Below are positions 59,420 to 64,000 of a DNA stretch of 64,000 bases, piece after piece. This DNA is from the human T2T-CHM13v2.0 reference genome, Homo sapiens. The position numbers and the translations under genes were made by a program. Position 1 is the first letter of the stretch, and each line of letters opens with the position of its first letter. Under the pieces are notes generated by a model that was given only the letters and a program-made list of their open reading frames with translations, had not been told where the DNA came from and ran no database searches. The stretch is taken from assembly GCF_009914755.1 (NCBI RefSeq), contig NC_060931.1. The stretch is one strand, 5' to 3'.

Positions 59420-59927
59420 TGTAATTGTGATCAATTTCTGTGTAGCAGATTAACTCAAAACCCAGCAGCTTAAAACAACAAATGTTTAACACCTCACACT
59501 ATTTCTCTGAGTCAGGAATTTGGAAACAGCTTAGCTGGTAGTTTTGTTCTGGGTCTCAGGAGACCGCAGTCAAGAACTCTGACCAGGGCCATGCTCACCC
59601 GAAGGCTTGACTGAGGCCAGAAGACCCACTTCCGAGTCTCACTCTCAGGACTACTGGGGGGAAGCCTCAGCTCCTCCCTGCAGGCACCCACGACAGGCTG
59701 CCTGGTGCCCTTGATAAGGCAGCTGGCTTCCCCAGAGCGAGGGATTGGAGAGGGTGAGGAGAAAGCTACAGTGCTTTTGTGACCTGGTTTTGGAAGTGGC
59801 CCAGGATGACTTCCATCACATCTGTCGGTTAGAGGGGGAGTCATTAAGTCATGCCTACGCTCAACGGGAGGGTCTAAGCTTCCCCTCCTCAATGGAGAAT
59901 TGTTTGTGGACATCTTTTAGAACCACT
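59420..59927 (-). mobile_element. MLT1F-like solo LTR
   Basis: GCAGCTTAAAACAACAAATGTTTA...GTCAGGAATTTGGAAACAGCTTAGCTGG...GAAGGCTTGACTG...GGCAGCTGGCTTCCCCAGAGCGAG...TGTGGACATCTTTTAGAACCAC. Confidence 0.82.
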
Positions 59928-59954
59928 CCGGAACTAAATAAATATGACCAGCAC

Positions 59955-60561
59955 GTGTGTTTGTGTGTGTGTGTAACTGTGTGTGTGGAGCTTATATCTG
60001 TGTTTGTATATGTGTGTGTGGTGTGTTGTGTGCGCATTTTGTGCACCTGTGTGTTGTATGTATATGTGTGTGGTTTGTGTGTGTATATGTATGTGTGATG
60101 CGTGTGAATATATGCGTGTGGTATGTTTTTGGGTGGTGTGTTTGTGTGTGTGTATTTTGTGTGCATGTGTGTATGTGTGTGTGGTGTGTTTGTACATTTT
60201 TGTGAGTGGTGTGTGGATATATGTGTGGTGCATTTTTGTGTGCATTTTGTGTGTATGGTTTGCATGTGTGTGGTGTGTTTGTGTGTGCATTTTGTGCGTG
60301 TGTGCATTTTGTGTGTTTGTGTGTGCATTTTGTGTGTGTGTCTGTGTGTGTATTTTGTGTGTGTCTGTGTGTGGTGTGTTTGTGTGTGCATTTTGCATGT
60401 GTGTTTGTAGTGTGCTTGTGTGTGTGTTTGTGTGTGCATGGTGTGTGGCATGTGTGCATGTGTGTTTGAGTGTGCATTGTGTGTAGTGTGTGTGTTTCTG
60501 CATGCATTGTGTGTGTGGTGTGTGTTTGTGTGTGCATTGTGTGTTTTTTTTGGTGCATGTG

Positions 60562-60606
<45 letters not shown>
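59955..60606. repeat. ~650 bp degenerate (TG)n tract
   Basis: TG repeats punctuated by recurring GCATTTT and GGTGTGTTT motifs, ending in a near-perfect TG run. Confidence 0.97.
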
Positions 60607-60608
<2 letters not shown>

Positions 60609-61888
60609 CACTGGCCACGCCGGATACTGAACTATGCATTGAGGATGCAAACGTGATCTCAGAGGAGCTGGTGAGATCACTGGGCCCCGGGGTGTACAGT
60701 CATGCACCAGACAGCAGCACGCGGTGGCTCTGAGTTCCAAGATAAACACACGAGGCTTTAGAGGAGAAAGGTCACCACGGCTTGGCGTGTTCCAGGAAAA
60801 CTTTGTGGGAGGGAGTCAAAGGCGCCAGTGACCACTGACTGCCTTGGGCAGGGTCCCGCGGGAGATGGAGTGTCACTCAGGGCTAAGAGTTTAGGGTGGG
60901 GGGCCCTGCAGAGGCCAGCATGGGACCCTCCAAGCCCCTGTGGGATGTGGGAGCAGCAGGGTGGAGGGCAGGAGCCAAGTCTGGATGGGGTTATCAGGGT
61001 CATAGGGCCTGGCAAGGACGGGGTCATAGGGCCTGGCGAGGGCAGCGATGGATGTGGGGCTGTGCTGCTGAGGGCTGCAGCCACCGCCACAGGGCCGCTG
61101 TGATCGTGGCCTCCCCACCCCCAGGGTCCTGCCTGTGTCCCCAGTGGCCAGCCCCACATAGCAGCCTGAGGGCCTGGGTGCAGGCTCGGGGCAGGAGAGG
61201 CTGGGAGAGCAGGTCTCGCCCCTGCAGACTGGGGTATCACCTTAGAGGGGGCAGCAGCTCCCAGCCAGGAGGCGGCAGCAGGGGTGGGCCTCAGGGCTTT
61301 GGTGAAAACCCCCCGGAAAAGGATTCCTGGAACCTGAGACAGTCCCAGAAGCGTTGCTCAGGCCTCCCCCTGCCGTCCTGCTCCATCCATGGGTGTGGGG
61401 TCTGTGTCATTCTTTATTTGGTGATGACTTTCCAGGGATGCGTTGCAATAAAAATGAACCTGAATGTAACAAAACATCCTGAATCCAGGCCTGAGGTGGG
61501 GGTGGAAGAACTCCCCTAACTTTGATCTCATGCTGCTTATTTTTGTCTGAGGATCTGAGACCCTTGAGAGAAAAATTTCCTGGTAGGGTGTCGTCCAGAC
61601 CTAGTTTCCCTTTCTCTTCAAAATTGTGCTTCATCTTGTGAAGGCTGCACTATGCTGTCCGCGGCACGCTCCACCTGCCTGAGAGAAGACAAATGCCCAG
61701 GCGGGGCTGAGGGATGCTTTGCTTGTTCAGGACTGAGGGGCCACAGAGACGTGTGGCCATCGGGGTTCAGCCAGGGGAGTCGCGGTGTGGGCTAGGGCTG
61801 CTGGGGGGGACCCGGTGCCCTGATGGCCCAGTGTGGTCCTGCTCCAGTGCAGGTGGAGAAGCCACCCTCCCCAGGGGCATTGTTCACA

Positions 61889-62012
61889 TAGGATGCCTTC
61901 ATGGTCAAAAGATGCCTGGGTCATATCACCAGGTGCCCCCCATCACCAGGTCATACCACGTAGGATGCCCTCATGGTCGAAAGATGCCCTGGTCATATCA
62001 GCAGGTGCCCCC
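61889..62012. repeat. 72-bp-period duplication
   Basis: TAGGATGCCYTCATGGTCRAAAGATGCC..GGTCATATCASCAGGTGCCCCC at 61889 and 61961. Confidence 0.9.
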
Positions 62013-62549
62013 TCCACCTGGGAAGCTCCAGGAGCTCTACTGCATTCTTTAGGAGAGCCAAGCGTGTAAATTTACCTGCTTCAATCACATCAGCGTTTTA
62101 GAAACCAGGATATGTGGAGATGCAGCTCACTTAGCTTCATGGAGCTTTGGTGTCTGCCCCCGTGCCTGCCCGGGCCTTGCATAGAGTAGGGCATCAACAA
62201 CGAGGTCTGGAAAGAAGGATGAGTAGAGCTTTGGCGGGGCGGGGGTAGGGGGAAGCTGAGGGGGCTGGGAGGAGGGGCACCTGTTCTCCGAGAAAAGACC
62301 AGGCCTAACTCCAGTTGCTGGACTTCCTTCCAGAGCACAAATCGAAGCGGATAGTGGTGCACAGAAGGAGCTGATGCTGGGTGGGGGCAGACCCCACGCT
62401 TCTTCCCGGGATCTGAGGCCGTAGTGGCCCCAGAGCAGCTTGGACTTGCGGCCCCTGAGGGACCCTTTGTGCAGCGTGGCATGAACAGCATGGATGGTAC
62501 CAACAGCCCATTGTGTCAAGGAAGAAGCCAACAGATAGCCCTGCAAGGG

Positions 62550-62610
62550 GCAGCTTTTAGGTTGGTGGGGACCCACTGAGCCAGCTGCAGCTTTTAGGTT
62601 GGTGGGTACC
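62550..62610. repeat. 37-bp-period duplication
   Basis: GCAGCTTTTAGGTTGGTGGG at 62550 and 62587. Confidence 0.85.
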
Positions 62611-63794
62611 TGCCTGTAGCCACCCCTCACTGAGCTCTACACCTCAGCTGCACCTGCTATGGTGTATGAGACCCTGGGCTCAGAGCAGGGAGGGACATGG
62701 CCCGTTGGTTTCCAAACCCAGCTGCCTGTGCATCCATCACCAGGAACTGGGAACAGCATTCCAGCTGCTGATTCTGGGCCCTGCCAGTCTGAAGTGGGGC
62801 CTGGCCATCAGCATTAGAAATGGGAGTCCCGGGCAATTGTGATGCAGTTGGTTCACGGACTGCGACTTGGGGAGCCACTAAACTCATCCAACAATCTCAT
62901 CTCATGCGTGGAAAAACTGAGGCTTGGAGCAGTTGAGTGATTTGTACAAAGCTGTGCACCCAAATGCTGCCTGCCCTGTGTGTGCTCTGTCCACCGCCCC
63001 TTAATCCTTGTGGCCAGTGCCACCTGGGGCAGCTTTGAGTTTCCATATGCATGGCCTGGGCATTGCAGGAGGCCATTGGGTAGATGAAGCTGGTGCTTTA
63101 GAGGCCTCACCCATTTCATGATTTGTCCCAGGTCCCCGGTGGGTGAGGGTCAGACTCAGAGTCTGACTCCAGACGGTCGGGCTCACCACCTGTTGAATTC
63201 ACTGGCTAGCTACGGGACGTCGGGTACCCTCAGCTGCACCCAGTGGTCCTCCTGAGAAACCCAGAAAGCCTGTGATCATTGCAGTGCCCAGGGAGGCCTC
63301 CTCTGGTTGTTTTGCTGGCTGGGGCTGTTTGTCTCACGGTGGGTCCGCCCGTGGTCGCTGCGGCTGCCACTGGGGGTCCTGCAGGCCCCATGGGCTCCAT
63401 TTGGAAGCACTTGTTGTTTTCTAGGCCCGACACCTGGTATCTGTGTGCACTGCGGTGGCCAGAAGCCGTGGAAGGAGAAGATATGGTGAGATGGCGGATC
63501 TATGCAGTTTTGTTCTTTCTTGGGTCTGAAATTTGGGCAAAAGGACTCTTAGAGGCGTTGGAGCTAAGAACAGCCAGGCTTGCAAGGCCGCTGGGTGGGC
63601 CTCCCTCTGTGATTCACCAGCGTCTCCCTGGCCCTGTGTGAAGCAGCCAAACCGGTTTTCTTCCCTGGCCGCACCACGCTGACTCCCTCTGGGCCTTGCT
63701 CCTGGTGACGGGGGCCCTCCCTGGCCAGCTCAGCCCTCCTGCAGGGGCTCCCAGGGCCCTTTCCTCCGGGAGCGTTCCTCGGTTCAGCGGGGCC

Positions 63795-63910
63795 TCATTC
63801 ATGCAGTCACTCAGCTGTGTGTCCAAAAATGCCTGTGGGGCGCTCCCTACATACCAGCGTTGAGGCTCTGGGCACAGGACAGGAATCAAATCCCCGACCT
63901 CACGAGGCTG
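63795..63910 (-). mobile_element. L2 3' fragment
   Basis: TCATTCATGCAGTCACTCAG...CCTACATACCAG...AATCCCCGACCTCACGAGGCT. Confidence 0.45.
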
Positions 63911-64000
63911 CTACTGCTGCTTCCCGATCCCAGCTCTGAAAGACGGGCTCTGCAGCCCGACAGGGCATTGTGCAGCGCCTGTCCGTCACCATCCTTCACA

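Noticed and set aside
59861-60749. His/Thr and Cys/Val ORFs
   Set aside because: Translations of the TG/CA tract.

Overview
Primate (very probably human) genomic DNA from a moderately GC-rich, intronic or intergenic region. I find no recognisable protein-coding gene, RNA gene or CRISPR-type array. Nearly all ORFs in the track are chance frames in GC-rich DNA or by-products of repeats. Interspersed repeats are abundant: AluSc/Sp/Sx and Alu monomers, a short L1PA 3' end, old L1M, L2 and MIR fragments, MaLR solo LTRs (THE1, MST, MLT1), a near-complete Tigger1, two MER82, MER81 and MADE1. Several are nested, with visible target-site duplications. The dominant feature is a ~6.3 kb strand-asymmetric (GGT/GGA/GAT) tandem array at ~28240-34565. 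It has a young homogeneous 75-bp VNTR core of about 37 units with higher-order blocks, flanked by older divergent layers. Four of six frames run stop-free through the core, including a mucin-like Thr/Ser antisense ORF and an unlisted Gly-rich frame. Base composition explains most of this, so it is not evidence of a gene. Other points of interest are a fold-back inverted duplication at the Tigger1 3' end that captured flanking DNA, about ten local minisatellites or duplications, two dispersed ~31-bp doublets, a small CpG/GC-box/CCAAT patch and a phased triple CACGAG cluster. Repeat family names come from recalled consensus sequences and need RepeatMasker/Dfam confirmation. I cannot support a claim of a new biological system from the sequence alone.
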